Source of the DNA: an uncultured virus (IMG/VR IMGVR_UViG_3300030060_001926)
Lineage: Duplodnaviria > Heunggongvirae > Uroviricota > Caudoviricetes
Direction: 5' to 3' (one strand)
Virus record (IMG/VR): IMGVR_UViG_3300030060_001926
Coordinates: 1-64,000 of that record
Length of the DNA: 64,000 nt
In this document: positions 39,656 to 49,686 of the stretch, in pieces
Layout: every line of letters begins with the position of its first letter
Position numbering within the stretch: position 1 is the stretch's first letter
Translations under genes and position numbers: made by a program
Notes under the pieces: model-generated
What the model was told of the DNA's origin: nothing
Database searches by the model: none
Seen by the model: only the letters and a program-made list of their open reading frames with translations

Positions 39656-42021
39656 ATTTCCTCTCCAAATAACTTTTGAATTTTTCTAGTGGGTTATCTT
39701 TATGGATCAAATAAAAGTTGTATCTAAGTATGTGATCCATACAATCAACGTCAGGACCATATGTCCCATACGAATCATGGACAAAACTAAATGCAGTAAT
39801 GCCTTTCTTTAGCATGTCTGCAATTGTCATAAACATATGAGCAGCGTCCCAACTATGTATAAAGTTAGGACTAACCGCCAAGAACTGGGCATCTTCATCT
39901 AGCTCTTCGCTAAGAGTAGAAAATACTAGTTGTTGTTTGTTGAATAGCTCAGCGTATGAGATACGCTCAATGATTTGATTGTATACATGCTGAACAACAA
40001 AGCCAGAATCAGTTGCCCAAACCAATGGAAGGTTCAGAGAATTGATAATTCTAGTTACATCACGAAGATAATCTTTGCCACGGTTAGGCTCTTGCATAAC
40101 ACCAGACAAACCATCTTGCAAGGCACGGCTCATCTCAACAATTGCACCGCCCCTCTCTTCACGATCTACCCAANNNNNNNNNNACCCAATCAACATGGCC
40201 TTCTTCTTTGACATACTTTTGAATACCATAAAATGTAAGGCCATATGCATCACACATGGTGCTACGCTTAGCAACCTTACGAGGCAAACCATCAGGCCAG
40301 TAGTCAACAAACTTATCATACCATTCAATACTATCCTCGTTTGAATCCATTACCTCATAAGCATTGTTAGCTACATATTGATAAAGGTCTTGTGGCTTTT
40401 TGCTTGGCAAAACATTTGTAAGTTTAGCAAGCTTACTGTCACGCATAATAGCAGACCAGTGTTGAACACCATTGTTTGCACCATCCTTTTGGATAGGTAG
40501 CTGTGTCATACCATCTGTTCTGCATAATTCAAAACAAGCAGCAAGACGTTGAAAGCTAGGGTTCTTTTTCTTAGCTTTTGATTGCCAAGTGCAGTTAGTA
40601 TATGGGTTTTCTACATACCCACGGATCTCATCCATGTTATCATCAACCCATTTAACACGTTCATCATAACTAAGTTTATCTTGATCAAACAAGTTAGCAG
40701 TATGAACCTTAAGCCAATACAAGCCACGCTCTGTTTGGGGAACAGGCTTAGCAAACTGAATCAATGCACGATCAAAGTCAATGCCTTGACATGACAGCAG
40801 TTCACATACAGTATATGCACGACCACGAAAGTCAAGCGTGTATGGCATGTAAAAGAAGCCAGCGTCTTTCATTTTACGGGCAAGCTCTAGACGAACAAGC
40901 ATACGACTACGAGACTGTTCTTCTTTGTACCACTCACCCCATGCTTCTGTTGAATCAGCCATCCATTTTGCTTGCTCTTTCTTAGTACCATCTTCAGGAT
41001 ACGGACGAGAGAATGCAAAGTCTCTGAATGTATAAGCAGGTAGGTTTGCTGTTCGGTGATCAGTATAAAACAGATCTGACATAACCTCGAAAATCTTTTC
41101 GTTGATTGACCATTCTGTATTCATCATAGCATTCAAACCATCAAGAACCATCTCGCTTGGCTTGGAGTTGTAGTCCCTAGGATCACAACCAACAGGATGA
41201 TAGCGTTTGATCATACGCTTACGAATCCAAGGCGACAAGAAACCACCATCTTCTTTTTCTGTATGTGGAACAGGAGGACAAAGCATAGGTCGATAAACCA
41301 TACCGCCAAGCTCTAGAAGATTGTGTCGTTTATGAAGTTCACGAAGAACATCAGGTGAAAAAGAAATAAGCAAAGACTTTTTCTTACGTCCAGTCCACAC
41401 TACCTTTGATGCAATGATATCAGACTGCATTGCAATCCGAAGCATGTTGTGACCAAAGTCTTCTTTTTGTTTAGGCGAATACTTATGTACGTCACCCATT
41501 TTCTTAGTAAAAGCACGGCATCTCTTTGGAGTCCAGTTCTTAATGAACTTAGATTGTCGAGTCCAGTCATCTTTAAACTTTTTCTTAGCTTGTTGATAGT
41601 TATTAATAGCGATAACATCATCAGCAATAAGTTTAGCTACTGATTGTGCAGAAGGTGCAGTCAATGGAACACCTTGAACAAAATCAATATTAGTTAGCGT
41701 CTGTCGAGACAAGAACATATTAATAACAGAACGAATTGTAATGTCTGCCATCTTAGCAGCACCAACAGAAAGCAATGGAGCAAGCCATGCTGGATTCTTT
41801 GGTCCTTCACAAACCTTATCAATCCACATTTGATAGTATGGAGTTAGGTGAATAACAGCAGACTCAAGCAGCAACTGCTCAGGTTTGCCTTCATCTTTTG
41901 CACGTTCCCAGTCTTTCCAGTACCGCTCTACACCAGAATCAACAAGCTCTTCCTCCCATGCTACCTGTTCGTTCTTTCTGTTTTCTTGTTCGACTACAGT
42001 TAGTTCATCCCATAGGGACAT
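39570..42021 (-). CDS. T7-type single-subunit RNA polymerase (canonical, ~811 aa after closing the N gap)
   Basis: 'PMLCPP', 'DFRGRAY', motif A 'DGANNGVQH', 'PQDLY', motif B 'RKVAKRSTMCDAYG', 'PNFIHSWDA', motif C 'VHDSY'; the two ORF-track pieces join across the 10-N gap. Confidence 0.96.
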
Positions 42022-42774
42022 TTACTTCTCCTTAGTTAGTGCTTCCCAGCTTGTTGGAAATAGTCTAGAAACTTCATCTCCAATAGCAGAAGCAAATTGT
42101 TGGACTTCCCATTGTGCATGGGAATCAATCCGTTGCTTGTAAAATCTAGCATACGAAGCAAGCGAACCAGTCCAATACCATTCAGTCAAACACCCCTGAG
42201 GCAAAACAAATCTTGCTTGCTCTGGTGCAACACCTTCAGAAATCAATCGCTTATAGGCCATGACACACTGAGATACAGCATAATGATAGTCACCATCAAT
42301 GCACATAGCGTCAGCTTCCTTGTCGTACTGTAGCCATCCACTTGATCCTTGCTTAGCTCCATTTGTAGGACACGCACGCCATCGAGGATGATACCACTCA
42401 GGATCAGACTTAACATAACGACGAGAAACTTCATTTTCAACAAATCCTTGTTTGTGCTTGAACATCTGAGTCCTAATAGAAATAGGAGCCTTGATGCGAA
42501 ATGTAATTTGGGGATGGGCAAAGGGTGTCCAATGATTATGCTTAGCCAAGTAATTAATCAACTTAACATCTTTATCAGACAGTCTCTGCAAATCTTCTTT
42601 ATGGTATGTAGACCGACTAGAGTCAAGCCTTTGCTTAGCTTTAGTATCTTCAGACCAGTTTGATTCCTTGTCAAAAGAAACTCTAGCAGAGTTAACCACT
42701 GTAAGATCAGATCCCATGTGATCAATGAGAGTTACCTCACCGAGATCGGGGTATTCCATAACCATGGTTTTCAA
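42022..42774 (-). CDS. thyX: FAD-dependent thymidylate synthase ThyX
   Basis: 'VVNSARVSF', 'HWTPF', 'QMFKHK...NEVSRRY', 'EQARFVLP', 'HAQWE'. Confidence 0.95.
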   Translation of the reverse strand: MKTMVMEYPDLGEVTLIDHMGSDLTVVNSARVSFDKESNWSEDTKAKQRLDSSRSTYHKEDLQRLSDKDVKLINYLAKHNHWTPFAHPQITFRIKAPISIRTQMFKHKQGFVENEVSRRYVKSDPEWYHPRWRACPTNGAKQGSSGWLQYDKEADAMCIDGDYHYAVSQCVMAYKRLISEGVAPEQARFVLPQGCLTEWYWTGSLASYARFYKQRIDSHAQWEVQQFASAIGDEVSRLFPTSWEALTKEK

Positions 42775-43210
42775 GATCCTTTAACATACAACTAGGAGTT
42801 TGACATCGTAGTTGTGGTATATTATTTGTAAACACTAGCATATTCTTTACCCAAGAAACACAATCTCTTTTGTTCTTATACAGACCAGCAGTATAAAACC
42901 AATAGTAACAAGATGCAGTATTTGTTGTATGCAAATTACCTTCTTGTTGTATTTCATGTAGTTTCTTATGGGTATTACCAATGTATATCTCCTGACACGG
43001 CTGCTTAAAGCATCGATCAGAAACCCTGTCCTTCATCCACCTTATCTCATTATTAGAGAATGGATGAACAACCCAATCGTTTACACGCAAAGCTAGATGA
43101 GTAACAGTAGTATCACATCCTACCAATTCTAAGATAGGATTGTGCCACTTCATATAGCCTGCTTGCAAATGGTTTTTCCAACAATATCCAAGTACACTAA
43201 TATCATTCAT
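42737..43210 (-). CDS. Permuted papain-like (NlpC/P60 superfamily) protein
   Basis: 'VTHLALRV' His before 'DCVSWVKNML' Cys, then 'TPSCM'. Confidence 0.55.
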   Translation of the reverse strand: MNDISVLGYCWKNHLQAGYMKWHNPILELVGCDTTVTHLALRVNDWVVHPFSNNEIRWMKDRVSDRCFKQPCQEIYIGNTHKKLHEIQQEGNLHTTNTASCYYWFYTAGLYKNKRDCVSWVKNMLVFTNNIPQLRCQTPSCMLKDLENHGYGIPRSR

Positions 43211-43288
43211 AAGAAAAAAATAGGGGGAGGTCTACACTGCTCTTTGCTCACGATGGCACTGCCTTTAGGTGTAGTCCCTCCCCCCATA
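43211..43288 (-). terminator. Long hairpin terminator downstream of the DUF932 gene
   Basis: Minus strand GGGGGAGG..CTACAC-(loop)-GTGTAG.CCTCCCCC followed by TATTTTTTT. Confidence 0.7.
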
Positions 43289-43291
43289 TCC

Positions 43292-44233
43292 TTAAGCGTT
43301 AGATAGAGTATATTCGAGAAGCTTCTGCTTCTTGTTAGCATTAGATCCATAGAAGTTAGCCGAGAACTTGTTCTCAAGCTTATTCTCTCCACGGAAACTA
43401 GCATCATGGTCCATCCAGTTTGTCATTGCATTGAATGCAATCCAAGCATTGGAACCAAGAGCAGTAGACTCGTTATCGAAGATCTGCCAGAACTTCATAA
43501 CAGTACTTTGCTTCTTGTTGTAAGCTCGTCTATCGCTGTCATTCTTGATATCAGTATACACAGGAACATTCTTGACAACCTTATTATAAGCATTGTCAAA
43601 GTAGTTAGCAACGTCACCTGAGGTCATGTTACATGACGCAAGATAGTTGGCCTGCTTTTGGAACTCTTCAGTCCGCTGATAGAAATTAATCATGGTAGTG
43701 GTAAGATCATCAATCTTATCTTCCATGTTACCCTTGTGTCGGATACTAATACAATGACCAGCAGCTTTACCTTCACTCATAGCCATGTTCAGAGTGTTCT
43801 CACACCATGGGCGAACAGACGTAGGAGTTGCTGAAAGAGAGTAAAGGCCATCATGACCATTAGTCAACAGCAGATAAGGCTTGATAGGATCATCAGCATT
43901 ACCAACATTAAAGCTACTTGCTTCTACAGCCAGCCATACCCGAGCACCATTACGGAGTTCACCAGCAGAGGTAACCTTAAGGCTATCATTGTTGGCAATA
44001 CGCTCAGCCATGTACACTAGCTCTTGGTTCTGAACAATCTTGTAGTCAGGACCAACAATACCAAGAACTTCATTGGTATCAGTACGAACAGTAGCACGAC
44101 GGTTAGTCGTATAAGCTTCAGTTGAAGCAGTGGGAGCAATTAGATTATGTGACAGCTCTACCTTCCAGTCAAGACCGGAGTCAGCAAGAGTGTCAGATAC
44201 AATCTGATTGCCCGCAAGATCTAGAATACTCAT
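43292..44233 (-). CDS. DUF932/TIGR03299-type phage/plasmid protein
   Basis: 'GLDWKV', 'VRTDT..VLGIVG.DY..VQN', 'AGELRNG.RVW', 'YLLLTNGHDG', 'VR.WCENTL', 'IRH', 'W.AFNA.T...DH'. Confidence 0.9.
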   Translation of the reverse strand: MSILDLAGNQIVSDTLADSGLDWKVELSHNLIAPTASTEAYTTNRRATVRTDTNEVLGIVGPDYKIVQNQELVYMAERIANNDSLKVTSAGELRNGARVWLAVEASSFNVGNADDPIKPYLLLTNGHDGLYSLSATPTSVRPWCENTLNMAMSEGKAAGHCISIRHKGNMEDKIDDLTTTMINFYQRTEEFQKQANYLASCNMTSGDVANYFDNAYNKVVKNVPVYTDIKNDSDRRAYNKKQSTVMKFWQIFDNESTALGSNAWIAFNAMTNWMDHDASFRGENKLENKFSANFYGSNANKKQKLLEYTLSNA

Positions 44234-44888
44234 TAGTTAAATCATCTCCATAGTTATCAACAAAGTGTTGGGCTGGAACCCATTGTTCATTATCAATGCA
44301 AACCCAGCCATCATCAGTGTAATTAGTAATTATTTTACTTTTGTATAAACGTTCTAGGAATGCGAACTTCTGAATAATATTCATCCCACTCAAATTCAGA
44401 TGGTTCGTCGGCCCAGACTTCTTCATATTCATTGTAGTTCTTCCATGCTAAGCAATCCCCTTCCGAGGATTTCAAGATCAATCCGATCAAGCTCATCTTC
44501 AATTTCAGTAAGCGAAGTTTCTGCGTCACCAGTTGGTAGTTCTGAAGCATTCAGCATTTCCTTGATTACCATGAAGGTATTCCTAGCAGCAAGAAGAACA
44601 GAATCGTCCACAGATTCTAAGTCTTTCATGCAATTGTTCCCATTTAACATTATCAAATTTTCTTAATCCTTTCTGCAAGATTATCAATCATATCAGGTGT
44701 TTGCCATCCGAGCACATCACCTTTAGAATAATCATAATTAATTTTGCCATTAGGATCAATAACAGCCACCTCATATTCAGGTGGGTTAGCTCCAGCGTTG
44801 GAGTAAAAGCCCTCTCCAGAGATAACGGAAAGGGACCAGCCATTGTCGAATGGTCCGATATACGATTGTTGTACAGTGCCGGGGAAAC

Positions 44889-45299
44889 TCAATGTACTGC
44901 AAAGCCTCCAGAGTTACGAACAAAGTCGATCCAATCTTGGAGTCGCCACAGTGGAATCTTGTAGTGATCTTTCCATTCATCTTGGAAGGGAACAAAGAGA
45001 TCTACAGTCTCTCCCTCGTCAGTAGTCACAGTCTCAATGAAGTCAGGATAGTCTTCTTTGAGTGAGTCGAGTTCCTTCTGCATGACATCAGCACATTCCT
45101 CAACTTGACTAGCAGGAATGCCTTGTCCATCATTGAAGGACATAGAAGCATCCAGCTCCTCGCCATAGATATGGCTACAGGCATTGCCCATGAATTCATG
45201 GATAGGCCTCCATCCCCAGCAGTTAGCTCGGAAATAGTCATTCTCAGGATCAGTTGGATTGTTAGCGTAAACGTCCATTCCCATAATTATTATCTCCAT
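44889..45299 (-). CDS. Conserved phage early protein (MGMDVY...YFR.N.WGWRP type)
   Basis: Acidic ORF with GGAG RBS; first of several small early ORFs in 44193-45299. Confidence 0.65.
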   Translation of the reverse strand: MEIIIMGMDVYANNPTDPENDYFRANCWGWRPIHEFMGNACSHIYGEELDASMSFNDGQGIPASQVEECADVMQKELDSLKEDYPDFIETVTTDEGETVDLFVPFQDEWKDHYKIPLWRLQDWIDFVRNSGGFAVH

Positions 45300-45436
45300 T
45301 ATTTAAAATTTAGACATCCATCAGCTCACATCAATAAGCTAGGTTATTTGGCAAAGATACTACAGTATACAGGCGTGTTGCCATTTACACTACTGGGCCT
45401 TCTAGGCCACTACCTAGGATCATGCCAGCTACAAAA

Positions 45437-45656
45437 GCTGAGCAGGCAGGATTCGAACCTGCATCTCCTAGTATACTGTTGTATACCTTTGTAAGCTTTC
45501 ACGAATACGTTACTTGCAGTATAAGGATTTCACGGCCTCGTCCGGAATCTATACCGTAGCGAGGCCCGCTTTGGGCCTAAGAACTATTTATACTCGCCCA
45601 AACGAGTCGTACTTATGATGGATGCATCCATAAAGACGAGGGGTCCCATAAGTACA
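45437..45656 (-). ncRNA. Structured RNA ending in a tRNA-like T arm
   Basis: GCAGG-TTCGAAT-CCTGC at the 3' end; upstream hairpins GTACTTATG/CATAAGTAC, TTTGGGC/GCCCAAA, GGCCTCG/CGAGGCC. Confidence 0.45.
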
Positions 45657-45666
45657 TTAGTTCAAA

Positions 45667-45853
45667 AGTGGGCAGGATTTCTTGATTACCTGCAACGTTT
45701 CGGAACCATATCAAGTTCTAATATGTCCTACTTTGTACCACCTACACGAGCCTGACTAAGGCTGGCTCATCCGATTGGACTCTGCCAGATGGGTCACCAT
45801 CTTGGTAGTTGTGCGTTAGCCCTATGGTAAAGGCTTGTTCCGCCACCACAGTC
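45667..45853 (-). ncRNA. Expanded tRNA-like structured RNA (~185 nt)
   Basis: 5' GTGG-TG-GCGGAA...CGC (Leu-like D arm), 3' GCAGG...AATCCTGC-CCAC, several internal hairpins. Confidence 0.5.
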
Positions 45854-46404
45854 TAGCCTGATCGAGGCATAGACTTAGTTTGTTGTGTTGTTTGGCTGCA
45901 CCGTTTGGGTCACCCCCACTCGCAGTTCCGGACTACGATAGGCTTTGTGTTTAGAGAGCGGCAGCACACTCTAGCGTCAGTCTATATTACACCATTTAGG
46001 GGAGTAGACTGACCGCCATACAGTCCCCGAGGCATGGCGTATCCTCCTACATAGCGTAGGAAGTAACATCGCCTCTCAAACAACATCAAAGAGACAGCCT
46101 GAGGTTGCCCTCAAGTTGCCCTGTGCGTCCCTTGTACGGGACCACACTTATTTCATGGTAGCATGAGCCTAGGTGAAATAACTTTTTAAGACCCTCGGTG
46201 TTTATTGCACCACCCTAGCGAACAGTACGCTACGATCCTGTTCACGGCCATCTTTTGGTACTCCGTTTGTCTGCATGACAACAGTTGCAGGCACGGGCCA
46301 GCCTGAATAGCACCTTAGTCCCCCGAAGGGGACCAAGGGCCAGAGAGAGAGAATCACCCTGCATCCCCCAGAAGGGGACGTAGGGCGAGAGAAAAGAGCA
46401 GACC

Positions 46405-46659
46405 CTAGAGAGTGATGGGCTTGCCTTCTGCGTCCACGAAGGGATCTTCGGGCCACAGCTGGGCAGCCTTCTCATTCAGCTCCTTGCGATCAGCTTCTCC
46501 CCACCGATTCTGCTCGGTAGCACCCGTGTCCGGGTCCTTGATCGCCAGCTCCACTCCGTAGCAGGACTTGAACCTGTTACGCCAGTAGGCCAGAGCCTTG
46601 GAAGGGTCCGAGGGAGGCCCCTTAGGACCTCGTCTCTTCCGTTGAAGGATGGTCGTCAT
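46405..46659 (-). CDS. Early hypothetical protein (GC-rich region)
   Basis: 84 aa, GGAG RBS. Confidence 0.65.
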   Translation of the reverse strand: MTTILQRKRRGPKGPPSDPSKALAYWRNRFKSCYGVELAIKDPDTGATEQNRWGEADRKELNEKAAQLWPEDPFVDAEGKPITL

Positions 46660-47023
46660 GACACATCTCCGGGGGTATGTACTTAGGTTGGACTAAGGTG
46701 TACAAGCCTAGTCACCAACCATAGTGTGAAGCTACCCAACCACACACTAATATCACCATCCCTAAGAGCTACCCTAGGGACCAGTACTACTATTACACCC
46801 AACTTTACGTCGGCTGCAACAATACCACTATAGTTCGTCGCTCGAACCACCGGGGCCGCAGATCACGGTGATCAGTCTCTAAGGCACGTGGTGTTCGTGC
46901 CGCTCCGGCGTACTTGCACTCCCACCGTGACTGGGGTCTCACGAACCACAGCACACTAGCGTAGCGGGAATGTATTGCGTCCACCCTCTGACCCTACATG
47001 GGATCGGAATATTTATTCCCCCT

Positions 47024-47060
47024 TAGAAAAGAAACTCCCCGCCCGGTAGGGCGAGGAGAA
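47024..47060 (-). terminator. Rho-independent terminator after the second RNAP
   Basis: Minus strand CTCCTCGCCC-TACC-GGGCGGGGAG then TTTCTTTTC. Confidence 0.75.
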
Positions 47061-47082
47061 TGTGGTGTGTACGACTCGAAGG

Positions 47083-48936
47083 CTAGGCTCGAAGCAGGAC
47101 AGCGTCAGCGGGAAGGGCATGGTAGACACGCCCGAGAGTTTCCGCATTCTCGCTCATCACCTCGTTGTACGCCTCGGTGGCGACACGTTCCAAGATGTGC
47201 ATGTGATTCGGGTGAACCCCAAACGCATCATGGATGGAGGTGACGAAGATGCCCAAGGCTCCCAGTTTCCGAATGATCCGAACTGCGATCAGTCGGTCGA
47301 GCATGAAGATCCTTTTCGCCAAGAGCGGCGTTCCGGAATCTTCCAAGGTGTGAACGTAGGTCGAACAGCTGGGCTGTCCGATGACCTTGAAGTTCTCATC
47401 CCTTCGCCTGTACCGAACAGCACGGGTCAGGCCCTTGTGGACTTTGAAGGGTGAGGTCTGGTACTCGTAGCCATCCGTTCCCCTGTAGATGGGGAGATCG
47501 CCGTTGGAGAGGTGATACTTCCAGTTCTTCCGGATCTCTTCCTGAAACGAATCAAGGAAGGGGAACTTGCGATGGAGGACTCTCGTCAACTTCTTCGAGA
47601 GCTTGCCAATGGCTTCCATCTGCTCATCGGGGGACAGGTCCTTACCGATGTGTTCGAGCAGAATCGGATGGATGGACGGCAAACGCAATCCATCTTCCCC
47701 GAAGTTCCACTCACCGAAAGCGTCCTTGCTCATGTCCGTGAGCTTGCACGAGATGGCACTCTCGCCCCCGCCGTACTGGCCGGGAGTAATGCAGCTCTTG
47801 GAGATCGGCTTCAGGTCATCCAAGGAGTGAATCCTGAGATTACGGATGCTATCCGTGAGACCCTGTGAGAACCGATCATGAGCACTGAGGAAGTGCGGAC
47901 TCGCAACGTTCACCATCTGATGGTGTTCCGAGAAGTTTTGCCTCGCTGCGATGAGACCCATGCCCTGTGCGACAAAGTCGCGGTACACGGTGTAACTGGT
48001 GCTACCAGTCTCTCTGGCTTCGAGCCAACCGCGAGCAGCGGCCAACTCATCAGCGAACTTCTTGCCCTTCGCGTGGAACATCAGTTGTTCCTTGCTCTTG
48101 GCATCGCGATCCACTTTGTTCGCCCACGCATCTCTCATCGCGTCGGTCCACCGCCTAGTCCCGAAGGATTCGGTGATGTGCCTGCGAAGATTGAGCCAGC
48201 CCGCGTCCGTCAACTTCTCAGAACGCCCCTGCATGACGCACCGGAGGAACCGGCTGTAGACAGGGTGAAGGGCCTTCGGGTACATTCGACCCGACTCGTC
48301 CATGCGGGAAACAACGAGGTGGAACAAGTTTTCCTCGATCCGGTCGAAGAGGTCTGCCAGCTTATCGCCGGAAACCTGATCCTCTTCCGAAAGAAGGGAC
48401 TCGATCACCTCATCCTCGTAGTCGTAGAAGATCTTGTTACGATCCTCTTCCGACAAGCTTTCACGGAACCGCTTGACATCGTCCCAGTTCGACTGGTTGA
48501 TGGTCCACGGCTTGTCCGTGAGGAGCTGCATGGCCTCCGACTGCTCGTCCGAGACCTTGAGGTCAATGCGACGAGCAACGTGTGGTTGCACGTTGGGAGG
48601 GGTTCGGTGGGCGAGACGACGCTGAGGTGCGACCCACTTGTCCCGGTCGAGCCGTTCCAAGTTGTCGTCCAGTCGTTCGAACACGACCTTCTGCACCTCA
48701 TTCATCGAAGACACCATCTGGATCTTGGTCTCCCGTCCGTTCCTCTTGAGAGGTTCGGTTTCGAGCGACAGTTCCGAGCGGAACGTCATCCAAAGTGAAA
48801 TGGACATCTCCGACATCATCCAGCTTTCGGACTTCTTGTCCTCCAGCCACGGCTTGAGCTTCGACTGGAGGAGATCGTCCGTCAACTGACGGAGCTTCGC
48901 CTTCGAGTCGTTAGCAAGCGTCTTACAGAGTTTCAT
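47083..48936 (-). CDS. Second, divergent and shortened T7-type single-subunit RNA polymerase (617 aa)
   Basis: 'MDESGRMYP' (DxxGRxY), motif A 'RDFVAQGMG', motif B 'KPISKSCITPGQYGG', motif C 'TSIHDAFGVHP', in correct order. Confidence 0.8.
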   Translation of the reverse strand: MKLCKTLANDSKAKLRQLTDDLLQSKLKPWLEDKKSESWMMSEMSISLWMTFRSELSLETEPLKRNGRETKIQMVSSMNEVQKVVFERLDDNLERLDRDKWVAPQRRLAHRTPPNVQPHVARRIDLKVSDEQSEAMQLLTDKPWTINQSNWDDVKRFRESLSEEDRNKIFYDYEDEVIESLLSEEDQVSGDKLADLFDRIEENLFHLVVSRMDESGRMYPKALHPVYSRFLRCVMQGRSEKLTDAGWLNLRRHITESFGTRRWTDAMRDAWANKVDRDAKSKEQLMFHAKGKKFADELAAARGWLEARETGSTSYTVYRDFVAQGMGLIAARQNFSEHHQMVNVASPHFLSAHDRFSQGLTDSIRNLRIHSLDDLKPISKSCITPGQYGGGESAISCKLTDMSKDAFGEWNFGEDGLRLPSIHPILLEHIGKDLSPDEQMEAIGKLSKKLTRVLHRKFPFLDSFQEEIRKNWKYHLSNGDLPIYRGTDGYEYQTSPFKVHKGLTRAVRYRRRDENFKVIGQPSCSTYVHTLEDSGTPLLAKRIFMLDRLIAVRIIRKLGALGIFVTSIHDAFGVHPNHMHILERVATEAYNEVMSENAETLGRVYHALPADAVLLRA

Positions 48937-49202
48937 GGTGAAACCCTTCCTGTCTCTTGCGAGACTGCTTGGTTAGTGACAGAGCCTGCAACGTTGCAGA
49001 CTCAAGTCGGCACACAACCTTTCGGTCATGCACAGAACGAAACCCACACTACGACTAGTGTGGATAACTCACACTCACTCCCGTACACTACACATCCTTG
49101 CGTAGAGGAGTCTTTGAGTCATAGCACGGTAGGTACATCCTTGTACTTAAGTGCTTCCAAAAATCCTGTCTCACCCGGTAGGGCAAGACAGGGGGGTTGA
49201 GT

Positions 49203-49574
49203 TCAGGTGAACAGCTTGAGGTCCTTGACAGCCACGCTCTTGTCGAGCGTCCACTCGGTGAGGTTGAAGTAGGGTTCGGGAACCCAGTGCAACTCTTCAC
49301 CCAGCTGATTGGCCGTGACGCAGACACGCATCACACACCAACGCGTCCTTCCGCCGCCAATCCTCTGAGCGAAGACGTGCGGCTCCGAAACGAAGCTGTC
49401 GTCGGACTCCGGCACGTAGTCGTGGAGCTTCTTGATCTTGTCGATCATCTTCTCCAGCTCCGGGCCGTTGCAATCCTGAAGTGCCTTCTCGAAAGAAGAC
49501 GCGAACAGGACGTTAGTCCTGAACTCTATCGGCGTGCCTACAACACGACGATGCACGGTAATGGTAGCATCCAT
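49203..49574 (-). CDS. Early hypothetical protein
   Basis: 123 aa, GGAG RBS, GC-rich codons. Confidence 0.6.
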   Translation of the reverse strand: MDATITVHRRVVGTPIEFRTNVLFASSFEKALQDCNGPELEKMIDKIKKLHDYVPESDDSFVSEPHVFAQRIGGGRTRWCVMRVCVTANQLGEELHWVPEPYFNLTEWTLDKSVAVKDLKLFT

Positions 49575-49686
49575 AATGCTTACTCCATTAGAGAAACAGT
49601 GTTAGCTCATCACGCGATGAGTTAGTACTGCGGAAAGCCTCAGTCACCCGTTAGGGCAGCTGAGACTGAGTGAGTCTCTGGGGGTA

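Noticed and set aside
40159..40200. Apparent split or frameshifted RNAP (620 aa + 252 aa), resembling two-subunit N4 RNAP II
   Set aside because: The break is a 10-N scaffold gap with 'acccaa' duplicated on both sides. Merging gives continuous ...GHVDWVDREERGG..., a single ORF.
45437..45850. tmRNA
   Set aside because: A T arm is present, but there is no GGGG 5' end, no alanine-type acceptor ending CCA and no evident tag ORF.
47878..48798. 306-aa + strand ORF and other + strand ORFs throughout the window
   Set aside because: Antisense shadows of real - strand genes (long in the GC-rich region); no recognisable motifs.
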